Positions 1-9,934 of a stretch of DNA of 64,000 nt are shown here, in pieces; within the stretch, counting starts at the first letter, position 1; each line of letters opens with the position of its first letter. A program made the position numbers and the translations under genes. The notes beneath the pieces were generated by a model. The model saw only the letters and a program-made list of their open reading frames with translations, did not search any database and was not told the DNA's origin. The DNA is from a candidate division WWE3 bacterium (lineage in GTDB: Bacteria; Patescibacteriota; 4484-211; GCA-002791395): the NCBI GenBank assembly GCA_013335095.1, contig JAAXWF010000001.1:86797-150796 (forward strand). The letters run 5' to 3'.

Positions 1-2
1 GA

Positions 3-470
3 ATTGAGCAATCGGGGGGAAAGGATTACCAAATATCAATTAAATCAAAAAATATTGAATCGCAAATCAACAACGGCGTTGACCTTTCTACAAGTTCAAT
101 TGGATTCATTGATATCTTTACAGTTCTAGATAGGACACTATTTGCCCGTAATTATTGGAATACACCAACAGATTTTTTCGATCAACTTAAATCATTACAA
201 CTTAATCAACCTGAAGTCTTAGAAAGTGATTTAAGAATTAGATATGCGGAGTATACAAAAACAGCTGAAACGACCTTAAAAGGAAAAACATTTCTTACTT
301 TTTCGGTAAAACCCACCAAACAATCCGCCGTTGGTGCATATCCTAACTATTTTGCATACACTATGAATGGCGATAATTTAATTGTTTTATCGAATCAACA
401 GAATACCGATCTGGAACACAACCTTCCCTTATTCAAACAAATTGCGGCGACGTTTACTTTTGTTGAGTAA
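3..470 (+). CDS. 5'-truncated (window edge) surface protein, tandem paralog of 498..1223
   Basis: Frame from nt 3 reads IEQSGGKDYQISIKSKNIESQINNGVDL...FKQIAATFTFVE*, which aligns with the downstream ORF (GGKDYNIALMSKELDNKIKNGVDL...FKQIAATFTFVE). Confidence 0.85.
   Translation: MEQSGGKDYQISIKSKNIESQINNGVDLSTSSIGFIDIFTVLDRTLFARNYWNTPTDFFDQLKSLQLNQPEVLESDLRIRYAEYTKTAETTLKGKTFLTFSVKPTKQSAVGAYPNYFAYTMNGDNLIVLSNQQNTDLEHNLPLFKQIAATFTFVE
364..470 (+). repeat. 107-bp direct repeat, copy 1 (copy 2 at 1117..1223)
   Basis: TGAATGGCGATAATTTAATTG...TTTGTTGAGTAA in both genes, 6 mismatches counted by eye. Confidence 0.95.
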
Positions 471-497
471 AGGGAAAACCAGACTAACTTATAAATT

Positions 498-1223
498 ATG
501 GCAAATAAAAACGGATTTAGCGCAATCGAGATTTTAGCAATTATTTTAATCATTTCCCTCGTGGCTGGTGGTATTTATGTATTGAACTCCAGTAGAGATA
601 CTGTCATACCCATTCCTACTCAATCAGTAACTACAACAACTCCATCTGCAACAGTCGCTCCGACTGATGAATACAGCAATTGGGAAACATACACCAATCC
701 GACATTCGGATTTTCATTTAAATATCCCAAGGATGAAATATTTATGTTCGAGCAATCAAGTTCTATAGGCGGGAAAGACTATAACATAGCATTAATGTCA
801 AAAGAACTAGATAATAAAATAAAAAATGGAGTAGATTTAGCTTCCGCAGCGATCGCTAACATTGGAATCTATACCTCATTTGAAAGGAATGATATGGCAC
901 TTAAGAATTGGAAAACACCCAATGATTTTTTTGTAGCATTAACGTCGTTACAACTGAATATTCCAACGACGATCAAGAGTGACCTGGAACTTGAACCGAT
1001 ACAATATACAAAACTATCAGAAGATACCCTTAATAGCAGGAAAATCCTAACATTCTCGGCAAGCGTAATACCTGGTACACCGAGTGGTGCTTACTCAAAT
1101 TACTTTGTGTATACGCTGAATGGCGATAATTTAATTGTTTTATCGGACCAACCGAATACCGATCCGGAACACAACCTTTCCTTATTCAAACAAATTGCGG
1201 CAACGTTTACTTTTGTTGAGTAA
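498..1223 (+). CDS. Surface protein with type IV prepilin-like signal, Pro/Thr linker and PsbP-like (WxTYTN..FSFKYP) domain
   Basis: KNG|FSAIE plus hydrophobic helix; PIPTQSVTTTTP linker; WETYTNPTFGFSFKYP motif. Confidence 0.75.
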   Translation: MANKNGFSAIEILAIILIISLVAGGIYVLNSSRDTVIPIPTQSVTTTTPSATVAPTDEYSNWETYTNPTFGFSFKYPKDEIFMFEQSSSIGGKDYNIALMSKELDNKIKNGVDLASAAIANIGIYTSFERNDMALKNWKTPNDFFVALTSLQLNIPTTIKSDLELEPIQYTKLSEDTLNSRKILTFSASVIPGTPSGAYSNYFVYTLNGDNLIVLSDQPNTDPEHNLSLFKQIAATFTFVE

Positions 1224-1232
1224 AAAACGAAT

Positions 1233-2024
1233 TCATTCAGATGTATCAGCCAACGCTTTGAGGAAGTCCGTAATACGACCATGCCGATCAAAGTACGCTT
1301 TAACTCCGTCCGATATCACACGTTTAGTTCCGCCATCGATAGGAGTCGTCGACAACCATTCCGGCGTGGTTATGCAGTATTCAACTTCTAATCCTTTTTC
1401 ATAAAACACCCGAATCGCTTGTACCAATCCATAATCTTCTAACTGAGAACGAACAACAGGGCCAAACTTTGTTACCCAAGACTGATCGACGATAAAAAAC
1501 TGTGGATCTGTCGTAATAACCATCACGTCTACATCAGAATCGGACCGAGCTGTGCCACGGGCATGGGACCCGACAACCGCAATACATTCAACATGATCAA
1601 GTTTGCTCGCCCATTGAGTAAAAGCGGCAATAAAATCAGGATACTTATATGGTAAATGAGATTTATTAAACACCCGTCTCCACCTCAACACTAAGCTAAT
1701 AAACGTTACAAAACTAACACCAAGGCAAAATATGTCGACAACACCAAGTTGATCGGTTATCGATAACAGAGAATTACCAAAAGAAAGTACTACAGCACCT
1801 AAATAAATGATCTTAATGTTTCGCTTGATCCCCACATACCCAATCACGTATAAAACTGATTCTAAAAACAACAGCGACTGAATCAATCCATACCCCGATA
1901 AGTTAGGTGAAAGTAGCGCAAAAAGAATCGCAGCAATTAACCAAAACAACGCATTAAACCCGACTAAAAACAACGTTTTGTTTTCTAGAACTGTGCCAAT
2001 TCTTATAAATTGAGACTTCAACAT
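1233..2024 (-). CDS. Membrane protein (about 4 TM) fused to a nucleotidyltransferase domain
   Basis: C-terminal VVGSHARG...SDVDV pol-beta-type motif; hydrophobic N half; start placed at the ATG 6 nt after TATAAT. Confidence 0.75.
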   Translation of the reverse strand: MLKSQFIRIGTVLENKTLFLVGFNALFWLIAAILFALLSPNLSGYGLIQSLLFLESVLYVIGYVGIKRNIKIIYLGAVVLSFGNSLLSITDQLGVVDIFCLGVSFVTFISLVLRWRRVFNKSHLPYKYPDFIAAFTQWASKLDHVECIAVVGSHARGTARSDSDVDVMVITTDPQFFIVDQSWVTKFGPVVRSQLEDYGLVQAIRVFYEKGLEVEYCITTPEWLSTTPIDGGTKRVISDGVKAYFDRHGRITDFLKALADTSE

Positions 2025-2054
2025 CCCTGTATTATAAAAAATGTAAGACAAATC

Positions 2055-2642
2055 ATGAAACAATACCCTCCACTTTCACGTGAATTTTATGAACAAGAAA
2101 CAGTTGTCGTTGCTCAAATGCTACTAGGCAAAAACCTCGTAAGACAAACTGAGCAAGGCACAATGGTCACAAAAATCGTCGAAACCGAAGCATACTTAGG
2201 CGAAGATGATCCAGCATCACATGCTGCAGTTGGTAAAACATCTCGCACCCAAATATCATGGGGAGCGCCTGGCCACGCGTATGTATATTTAATTTATGGA
2301 ATGTATCATTGCCTGAATGTTGTTACACGGCCAGACGGGATATCAGGTTGTGTCTTAATTCGCGCACTTGAACCGATCATAGGAATAGATGTCATGCAAT
2401 CTTATCGTAGAGGAACATCAATACCTCAACTTACCAACGGTCCAGGAAAGTTGTGTCTGGCATTATCAATAACGCGACATCAAAACGGGGCTGATTTAAC
2501 AAATCCGCAGTCAGGACTATGGATAAGCGACCAACAGAACGAAACGTTTGTAATTGGTACAAGTGCCAGAATCGGTATAACAAAAGCCACCGATAAAGAA
2601 CTGCGTTTTTATATCCAACACAATTCTTTTGTGTCGAAGTAA
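2055..2642 (+). CDS. mpg: 3-methyladenine DNA glycosylase (MPG/AAG family)
   Basis: IVETEAY..D.ASH, YVYLIYGMYHCLN, VLIRALEP, LTNGPGKL, RIGIT motifs. Confidence 0.95.
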   Translation: MKQYPPLSREFYEQETVVVAQMLLGKNLVRQTEQGTMVTKIVETEAYLGEDDPASHAAVGKTSRTQISWGAPGHAYVYLIYGMYHCLNVVTRPDGISGCVLIRALEPIIGIDVMQSYRRGTSIPQLTNGPGKLCLALSITRHQNGADLTNPQSGLWISDQQNETFVIGTSARIGITKATDKELRFYIQHNSFVSK

Positions 2643-2772
2643 TGGAATTTTTAAGTCGAAGTATCGGACTCATTTCGTGAAATAATTGCTTTTTGTTGAA
2701 AAATAAAACGTCAGCCGAGTGTGTCCCTAACACGTCCGAGTCGACCATTAGCGAGGATCGAATATATAGAGA

Positions 2773-3216
2773 TTATAACTTCTTTTCTGTCATAGCTTCT
2801 GGGCTTTTTTTATTTATATGAGGAATTCGAGGTATAACCACAACTGCAGCGGTAACGATTAATCCTATTGCATGGAAATTAAATCCAAATGCCATACCAA
2901 TTGCACCAGAGACCCAAATGCTTGCAGCTGTAGTAAGATTTCGAACATTCGATCCTTCTTTTAAAATCAAACCTGCACCCAAAAAACCAATTCCAGATAC
3001 AATTTGAGCCGCGATCCGAGACTTTGATGCAGGATCTACTACCGAGGATAAAAACGTAAATAGCATCGCTCCGGTTATCACCAGTGTATGGGTACTAATG
3101 CCGGCATCTTTTCCTCGAGCTTCCCTTTCTGAACCAATCGCAAAACCAGCCACAAGACTTAATAGTAAATCCTGAATTAGATGAATCTCATTTTGACCAA
3201 TGAATCCCGATAACAT
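2773..3216 (-). CDS. MgtC/SapB family membrane protein
   Basis: IGSERE..GKDAGISTH, SRIAAQIVSGIGFLGAG, LTTAASIW. Confidence 0.92.
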   Translation of the reverse strand: MLSGFIGQNEIHLIQDLLLSLVAGFAIGSEREARGKDAGISTHTLVITGAMLFTFLSSVVDPASKSRIAAQIVSGIGFLGAGLILKEGSNVRNLTTAASIWVSGAIGMAFGFNFHAIGLIVTAAVVVIPRIPHINKKSPEAMTEKKL

Positions 3217-3288
3217 GACCGTATTATACAGAAACAGTAACCGTTAGCAGCGAAAATCAATTTAGAATGAAATATGTCGAAAACAGGT

Positions 3289-3648
3289 TTATGATACAGA
3301 TTTTCGCAGTATCGCTTCCATCTTTTTTCCTTTGGCGAGTTCGTCGATGAGTTTATCGAGATAGCGGATCTCTTGCATAGTTGGTTCTTTGATCTCTTCG
3401 ACACGAATACCACAGATTGTTCCGGTTATAAGAGTTCGAGATGGGTTAAGCTGTGGCGCGTGAGCAAAAAAGGTTTCAAAGTCGGTCTGTTTTTCAAGCA
3501 ATTCATCAAGTTCTTGCTGACTATACCCGGTTAACCAACGGATGATCTCATCGACTTCGGCTTTACGTCGTCCTTTCTTTTCGACTTTGGCTATGTATAA
3601 AGGATATACTCTCGCAACGGACATGGTGTAGATTCGCGGTTTTGTCAT
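3289..3648 (-). CDS. DUF2200 family protein
   Basis: [51 protein letters not shown]; AGGAAGG upstream of the ATG. Confidence 0.88.
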   Translation of the reverse strand: MTKPRIYTMSVARVYPLYIAKVEKKGRRKAEVDEIIRWLTGYSQQELDELLEKQTDFETFFAHAPQLNPSRTLITGTICGIRVEEIKEPTMQEIRYLDKLIDELAKGKKMEAILRKSVS

Positions 3649-3732
3649 AGCACCTTCCTGTTTAGTAATTGTAGCATTTAGCACGTAAATGAGTTGCAAA
3701 GCTGAAAATGACAAGAATTAGCGTTTATTATT

Positions 3733-4236
3733 TTATTCGCCGGCTTTTCTGATGGTTTCGAGGTCGATCTTCTTCATTGGCATAAATGCAGCGGTTACGG
3801 CCTCGGCTTTTTGTGGGCTTTCTCTCATCATTTCATCCAAAATTCTTGGAACGATTTGCCACGTGACTCCAAATTTGTCGGTACACCATCCACATTGTTC
3901 CGCTTCTGGCACCGCTGAAAGTTTTTCCCAGAAAAAATCAATTTCTTCTTGTGTTTCGCACTCAACGATATAGGAAGTCGATCCATTTAGTTGGAATTGT
4001 TCAACCGGACCACCATTAAGAGCCATAAAGCTGATTCCATCGAGTTCGCATTCAGCGGTCAAAACAGATCCTTCGGGTCTACCGGATACTTCTTCGGATG
4101 CTTTAGGCGCTTTGGTGATATCGCCGATCTTAGCGTCATGATTACCTGGCGCTGATTTAAACGTGTCGATATAGTATTGAACGGCCTCTTCGCCATCGTT
4201 GTTGGCAAACCAAATGCAAGTAATAAGTCTACTCAT
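3733..4236 (-). CDS. VOC/PhnB family protein (3-demethylubiquinone-9 3-methyltransferase-like domain)
   Basis: ITCIWF, FMALNGGP, QEEID.FWEKL, QCGW..DKFGVTWQIVP. Confidence 0.9.
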   Translation of the reverse strand: MSRLITCIWFANNDGEEAVQYYIDTFKSAPGNHDAKIGDITKAPKASEEVSGRPEGSVLTAECELDGISFMALNGGPVEQFQLNGSTSYIVECETQEEIDFFWEKLSAVPEAEQCGWCTDKFGVTWQIVPRILDEMMRESPQKAEAVTAAFMPMKKIDLETIRKAGE

Positions 4237-4355
4237 ATTTTTACTGTAACATATTGTGAGATTTTTTTAGTATTAATTTTGTAAGAATACGGACATTTAA
4301 TAATCAACGCATGAGGCTCTAGTCTAAACACCAAGAGAAATAATAAATAGGGATT

Positions 4356-4784
4356 TTATGTAGTTTCAGAATATTCGATGATCCACTCGATACCGTATTT
4401 GTCTCGGAACATACCTGCATACGATCCCCACGGACTTTCTCCGATAGGCCCCTCGACTTCGCCTCCAATTGAGAGTCCATTGAATAGTCGATCGGCCTCT
4501 TCTTTGCTATCGGTATTTACCAATATTTTGCTTCGATTTTCACGCTCATTTACGCGCCCCATGACTTCTGGAACATCATTGGCGATCAACAGAGCACCAT
4601 TACCAATCGGTAAAGCGATATACATTATTTTATCCTCTTCCTTTTCAGGCACCGAGAATTCATCACTCGCGAGATCTTTAAAGCGCACAACCTTGGTAAA
4701 CTCTCCCCCAAAAACGGATTTATAAAACATAAATGCTTCCTGCGCATTACCGTTGAAATTAATCCAAGGATTTAGTGTTGTCAT
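4356..4784 (-). CDS. VOC/PhnB (glyoxalase-like) family protein
   Basis: NPWINFNGNA.EAF.FY.SVFGG, PWG..GMFRDKYGIEW. Confidence 0.9.
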   Translation of the reverse strand: MTTLNPWINFNGNAQEAFMFYKSVFGGEFTKVVRFKDLASDEFSVPEKEEDKIMYIALPIGNGALLIANDVPEVMGRVNERENRSKILVNTDSKEEADRLFNGLSIGGEVEGPIGESPWGSYAGMFRDKYGIEWIIEYSETT

Positions 4785-4817
4785 ACGTTAATCATATCAA
4801 ATTAAAGAATATACACA

Positions 4818-4859
4818 TGGGTCTGCGTGGTGAACGTAGTTAGAACTTATTTTAGCACT
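4818..4859 (+). repeat. Degenerate att-like junction (32/42 identical to 9210..9251)
   Basis: TGGGTCTGCGTGGTGAACGTAGTTAGAACTTATTTTAGCACT vs TGGCTCCGCGTGATAGACGAAGTTAGAACTCTTTTAAGCACC. Confidence 0.65.
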
Positions 4860-4975
4860 TCACCTCAAGTACCCACACAGAGTCATTAGTTGGCAGTTGA
4901 GAGCCGGGTACGTCGTCAAAACTACCTGGTTTTTCCATACATCCGACAATAATTAGTTTATAATTCATACCAGCT

Positions 4976-5443
4976 ATGATAAAAGACTTAACCGCTTCGA
5001 GAACTGACCGACAAAACATTCTTAATAATCATTTCGCTATAGAAATGATCCAAGATAATATCGGATATAGAGGAGTGCTCTTTGAGGGAGAATATCGCTA
5101 TACGAAAAGGCAACTGGCTCACTTCTTTGACGTAAGTATAGCCACTCTAGAACGTTATCTAGAGAAATATGAAAAGGAATTAAGGGAAAATGGGTATGAA
5201 GTGCTCACGGGGAAAAGGCTCAATGAAGCCAAGAAACACCATGTCACCCTCATCGGTGAGGGTGAGAAAAAAGCCCCTTCCTTAGGTGTGTTTAATTTTC
5301 GCGGATTTCTTAATTTAGCCATGTTATTAGTCGAAAGCGATAGAAAAAATAATACAGAACTATCCAGGCTATATCTATATCCCAGACTTAAGACCAAATT
5401 TCGCTCCAATTACCCTGGGAAAAATTTGTTAAAGTTGTTATGA
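4976..5443 (+). pseudogene. Probably 3'-truncated DNA-binding protein (KDLT.S..DRQNILNN family, mobile-element associated)
   Basis: Recognisable N-terminus through FLNLAMLLVES, then an unrelated-looking tail and early stop. Confidence 0.55.
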
Positions 5444-5462
5444 TTAGGTAGACGGTAAATAT

Positions 5463-6488
5463 ATGAGTACTCATGCAATCAACCAACAAATCAGAGACAG
5501 AATATTTAGGCTTAGTGGTAAAGAATTCCAACAATTAGTGTGGGATATTTTAATAAAAATTTATCCTGACCTTCAGACTCCAAAAATGAATCATGATCTA
5601 GGGAACGATGGTTACAGCATAAGCGAGAAAGCATTTTTTGCAGTTTATGCTCCAGAATTAGCTAAATACGATAATGAAACAACCAGAAAGAAGATTTCCA
5701 ATCCTACCCCTAATCAATCTGAAGAAGTCGGTGATTATGAGAAGTTTATAGCAAACTGGAAAGACAAGTTTGGATTTACCAAGTGGGCTTTCATTACAAA
5801 AGAAAACCTGATGGGAAATCCGCATCAGAAGATTGCCGAACTAAATCAAAACGGCGATGGTGTTGTTAAAGAGCATTGGGGCGTTGAGCAGCTAATTGAA
5901 AAGGTAATGGGGCTAGAGGAGAGTGTAATTCGTGGGCTGTTTGATTTGGAAGCCGATATCACTGTAAACCAGCTAAATCTAGGTATTGTTAATAACGGAA
6001 AGACACATGTCGAAAAACAAGCCCAAATGTATAATGAATACAACAATTACGGCACTAGTGAAGAAGATGAAAATACTGCAGTCGATGAGATTTTTGATTA
6101 CGTGATTTCCCAACTACCACAAACACCAACAATTACTCCAGCTGATGACAGACAAATGCAAGTTAAGGCTAAAATCAAGCTAAATTTCTCTGTCGAAAAA
6201 GAGCAACTCGAAGTCGAGAAATACTTTACCTCTGCTTATACGAAAACAAAATTGATTGAAAATAAACTACAAGCCTTGGACCCAACTATTCAGGGAGATA
6301 TACAACTACACATTTTGCAGAAATATAACGAGTTCAAAAGGAATAGCCAAACGAGTATTGAGATATTAGATAAACTATTCAGCTTTTTTACACCCAAGAA
6401 AAGAGAGAGAAATCCAACCTTTGCAGCAGTAATAAGGGCTTTCGTGCTTTTATATTTTGAAGACTGCTCAATTTTTGAGAAAGAATAA
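5463..6488 (+). CDS. lmuA: Lamassu/ABC-three-component effector: N-terminal PD-(D/E)XK-like nuclease plus C-terminal ABC-3C CTD
   Basis: LSG.EFQ.LV.DIL...DLGNDG nuclease-like start; C-terminal YFEDCSIFE; followed by a small middle component and a DUF2326 ATPase. Confidence 0.78.
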   Translation: MSTHAINQQIRDRIFRLSGKEFQQLVWDILIKIYPDLQTPKMNHDLGNDGYSISEKAFFAVYAPELAKYDNETTRKKISNPTPNQSEEVGDYEKFIANWKDKFGFTKWAFITKENLMGNPHQKIAELNQNGDGVVKEHWGVEQLIEKVMGLEESVIRGLFDLEADITVNQLNLGIVNNGKTHVEKQAQMYNEYNNYGTSEEDENTAVDEIFDYVISQLPQTPTITPADDRQMQVKAKIKLNFSVEKEQLEVEKYFTSAYTKTKLIENKLQALDPTIQGDIQLHILQKYNEFKRNSQTSIEILDKLFSFFTPKKRERNPTFAAVIRAFVLLYFEDCSIFEKE

Positions 6489-6489
6489 A

Positions 6490-6714
6490 ATGATCATACC
6501 AACAAAACATGAGGACATCCAGAAAAGCTCTCTAGTTATTGGAGCTGAGGTTATAACTTATCTCAAGAAGAATGGCAGTGAAAATATCGAGAAGCTTTTT
6601 CAGTTATTCAAGAATAAAATTGGAATAGGCCTAAATCAATATCATAATGTTCTTACTGTGTTGTGGTTAGGTAAGATAATTACAATCAGGGAACATAGGA
6701 TTTATCTAGAATAA
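6490..6714 (+). CDS. lmuC: ABC-three-component middle component (LmuC-like)
   Basis: 74 aa, MIIPTKH....SSLVIGAEVI..L...L.VLWLG; sits 1 nt from both neighbours. Confidence 0.75.
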   Translation: MIIPTKHEDIQKSSLVIGAEVITYLKKNGSENIEKLFQLFKNKIGIGLNQYHNVLTVLWLGKIITIREHRIYLE

Positions 6715-6715
6715 T

Positions 6716-8476
6716 ATGTTATTAAAAAAATTGTATGCTGAACCAGCAGGATTGTTTGAACTAGTTGAATTCCGTGACGGCATTAACTTTATTTTTGGAG
6801 AGAAAAATGCAACCTCTGACCCTAAAGAATCATTAAACGGGATAGGTAAATCTACCTTGCTGGATCTTGTCGATTTTTGTCTTCTCTCTTCTTACACACA
6901 AAACCATAATCCGAGGCTGTTTTCAGCAAAAGATATCTTGGCAAGCCACCTTATTGTCTTAGAGTTCGAGGTAAATGACACAACCTACATCATAAAAAGG
7001 AGCGTTGAGACACCAAACTCTGTATTTTTTGGTACTACTGATTCCATAAAAGAATACTCGAGAAAAGAATTAGGCTCGATTCTTACAGACCTTGTGTTTA
7101 AAAAGGGAGACTATCCTGGAATTTATTCCGACAAATGGTGGAGAAAGTTAATCAACTTCTACCTCAAAGTTCAAAGTCAAAAGAAAGCGAAGTTTACAGA
7201 GCCAGTTAAATATATTGATGAACTAAGTGTTGCTGAATTAAATCAGTATCTCTTCTTCCTAATGGGATTGGACAACACCCTGGCATATAAAAATTTTGAC
7301 ATACAGTGGAATCTAAAAAAGCGTAATAAGGCGATAATAGAGGTAAAACAAATTGTAGAGGAAACTTATGGACTCAAAGATATCTCTGAAGCATCCAACC
7401 AAGTCGATAAACTAAGCCAAGAAGTTAAAGATATAGAAAACACTATCTCTCAGTTTAAGCTATCTACCCAGTATGAAGACGCTGAGAAACAAGCCAACAT
7501 ATTAACCGCGCAAATCAAAGAATTGTGGTTTCAAAACTTTTCAGACAGAAAGAAAACCGATGCATATAAGGACAGTTTAAAACTGGATGTTGATATTGAC
7601 ATAGCAAAGGTAAAAAGGGTCTATGAAGAGTTTAATCAACTCCTTGCAGATAAGGTGTCCGCAACCCTTGAACAAGCCATCCAGTTTAGAAAAAACCTGG
7701 TTAATTCAAGGAAGGACTTCATTAGTTCTGAGATAGAGTCGCTTGCCAAACAAATTAAAGACAGAGAGAGCAAAATTTCACAACTGGAAACAGACAGAGC
7801 CAAGCTGTTTTCGTTCTTATCCAACAAGGAGGCAATTAGTGATCTTTCAGACGCGTACTTGCATCTTAGTAGGAAAAAGGATCAGCAGGGAGAACTGACC
7901 GGTAAGGTTAGGCTATATAACGACCTACAGAAGGAAAAAGCAGATCTAAAAATTGAAGCAGCAAAAATTGAAAAATCAATGTATGACTTTATTGAAAAGA
8001 ATACGGATTCTGTTTCTGAGTTTAGAACAGTATTTCGAATGGTTTACAACGCTATATATCCAGATACCAAGGATGCTTCAATGTTCTCAATTGACATAAA
8101 GCCCAACACCGATGCAGTTATGAATATTGATATCACTTTTCCTGCAATGTATTCAAAAGGTAAAAATCAAGGAAGGACACTGGTTTTCGATTTAGCGGTT
8201 CTAGTAAACTCAATACAAAAGAGCCTACCTGGACCAAGGTTTGTGGTCCATGATGGCATTTTTGATGGCATGGACAAAGCACATTTTGTTTCACTGTATC
8301 AGTATCTAGAAGACCTTAAGACGAAAATGAGGTTTCAGTATATTGTTACGCTTAACGAAGAAGGTACTCTGAGCGAAAAATTCGGCGACGTGGATGAGCT
8401 AAGTCCTGAAAAAATTAAATCACATGCACTAATAGTGCTAACTCCAACGAGAAAACTCCTTAAAAGTGATTTCTAG
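6716..8476 (+). CDS. lmuB: DUF2326 SMC/Rad50-like ABC ATPase (LmuB)
   Basis: Walker A NGIGKST, long coiled coil, SKGK signature-like segment, Walker B FVVHDG, QYIVT. Confidence 0.85.
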   Translation: MLLKKLYAEPAGLFELVEFRDGINFIFGEKNATSDPKESLNGIGKSTLLDLVDFCLLSSYTQNHNPRLFSAKDILASHLIVLEFEVNDTTYIIKRSVETPNSVFFGTTDSIKEYSRKELGSILTDLVFKKGDYPGIYSDKWWRKLINFYLKVQSQKKAKFTEPVKYIDELSVAELNQYLFFLMGLDNTLAYKNFDIQWNLKKRNKAIIEVKQIVEETYGLKDISEASNQVDKLSQEVKDIENTISQFKLSTQYEDAEKQANILTAQIKELWFQNFSDRKKTDAYKDSLKLDVDIDIAKVKRVYEEFNQLLADKVSATLEQAIQFRKNLVNSRKDFISSEIESLAKQIKDRESKISQLETDRAKLFSFLSNKEAISDLSDAYLHLSRKKDQQGELTGKVRLYNDLQKEKADLKIEAAKIEKSMYDFIEKNTDSVSEFRTVFRMVYNAIYPDTKDASMFSIDIKPNTDAVMNIDITFPAMYSKGKNQGRTLVFDLAVLVNSIQKSLPGPRFVVHDGIFDGMDKAHFVSLYQYLEDLKTKMRFQYIVTLNEEGTLSEKFGDVDELSPEKIKSHALIVLTPTRKLLKSDF

Positions 8477-8664
8477 TCCCATGTGTTGGTTTGTGTGGCA
8501 CATTCGTGTCTGAAATGGCTAAGTCCACCGTTATTTAGCTTCAAACGGCTCGTTGAGGACGTTGTGAGCCGGTGTGAGCCAATGTCTTGAGTAGCTTCAC
8601 TTGGAGTTCAATAAACGCCACAAAAGACCGGAAAATAAAACGTTTGAGTGTTTTCATAGAAACC

Positions 8665-9156
8665 TTAACGCATGCGGGCCCTAGCGATGGGTCCTTCAAG
8701 CTCGTTGGAGAAGTTGATGAGTTGGCCACCGTTGGTAAAGGCAACACTCAGGCTAGGCTGCTCTGTGGATTCATAGACCTTGATACAAGGAACTCCATTA
8801 TCGTTAAGATATAAGGCAGGAGCGTTCTTGTCTAAGTCCTCACTACAAGTTTCGGTAGGTGGATCTAAATGGACAGTTCTGGCTTCTCCCTTCCAAATGA
8901 GGAAATAATTTACCCTACCACTTCCGCCATCTTTCTTGCCGGTCTCTAGTGTTAATTTTGAGAGATCGATGTTTCCCAAAGCCACTGAATGCTTGGTAAT
9001 AAAGTTACGACCCAACTGCTCGACTACTGCTTGGCTGTATTTGCCACTGTAGTCATATTGCTTTTGATCACTAAACCAACGTGAGCCATCGGCTTTATAT
9101 CCCCAGGTCCCAGGAGTCTCCTCAACCTTTATGATATGGTTTGTTACAGAATTCAC
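8665..9156 (-). pseudogene. Hypothetical protein, probably a 5'-truncated fragment abutting the att junction
   Basis: GTG start with no SD, 6 nt from the 57-bp repeat; the open frame extends into the repeat without an ATG. Confidence 0.45.
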
Positions 9157-9162
9157 AACAAA

Positions 9163-9219
9163 ATACGTAGAAAACTTTTTAATATGTTGGTAAATACAGA
9201 AGATAATAATGGCTCCGCG
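9163..9219 (+). repeat. 57-bp perfect direct repeat, copy 1 (att-like)
   Basis: ATACGTAGAAAACTTTTTAATATGTTGGTAAATACAGAAGATAATAATGGCTCCGCG identical to 12678..12734. Confidence 0.95.
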
Positions 9220-9307
9220 TGATAGACGAAGTTAGAACTCTTTTAAGCACCGGCGACCCTAGGGATCGGACTTGAGTTTGATAGTTAGATAGCAGTATAA
9301 TTTTGGT

Positions 9308-9934
9308 ATGCGTTTGAAAGAAAACCGTGGAGACGTTAGCTTAGCCTTAATAATAGTTGTAGTAGTCCTTGTTTTGGGAGCAGGTGCATACTTATTCTTT
9401 AATGGAAGCCTTATAGATGGAAATGAAGTTACTCCTACACCAACAACCACTACCAACACCCCATCTCCCACAGTAAATAGCAATATGAAGCCCTACACTC
9501 AAGCTGGGGTAGATTTTAGTATTCCCACAGATTGGTATATTGCTAGTTTCTCCACAGACTCGCATCTATTTCTATATAGTTTTCCAGAGGATAAATCCAA
9601 TCCTGCACTCACATATGATAGTGTGCATCCCGCCCCTCAAGGAGAAGCTAAATTTGAGATACTAAATCGGTCAAAATCAAGCTCGATTGCTCTCGAAGAA
9701 TGGCTAAAAACTAGGGCGGATAATTATGACTATTTTGGGGATAGAAACTACTCAATATTTGAAAAAATCGAGATCGGAAATACATCAGGTTTCAAATTAG
9801 TTAGTAGCATGTCCAGCCAGCCTTTCTACGTTTTCCAAAATGGCTCAGGAGATAAGTACTTCATAATCTCAGGTAACGAAGATAGCGTATACAAACAGAC
9901 TCTAGAACAGCTTGTTTCTTCTGTAAAAGCTTAA
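9308..9934 (+). CDS. Membrane-anchored surface protein with Pro/Thr linker and PsbP-like domain
   Basis: NRG|DVSL followed by a TM; TPTPTTTTNTPSP; FSIPTDW; ends EQLVSSVK. Confidence 0.7.
   Translation: MRLKENRGDVSLALIIVVVVLVLGAGAYLFFNGSLIDGNEVTPTPTTTTNTPSPTVNSNMKPYTQAGVDFSIPTDWYIASFSTDSHLFLYSFPEDKSNPALTYDSVHPAPQGEAKFEILNRSKSSSIALEEWLKTRADNYDYFGDRNYSIFEKIEIGNTSGFKLVSSMSSQPFYVFQNGSGDKYFIISGNEDSVYKQTLEQLVSSVKA

Noticed and set aside
364-1223. 107-bp repeat pair as a DGR template/variable repeat
   Set aside because: Mismatches are not adenine-specific (include T/C and C/T), both copies are coding 3' ends, and no reverse transcriptase is in the window
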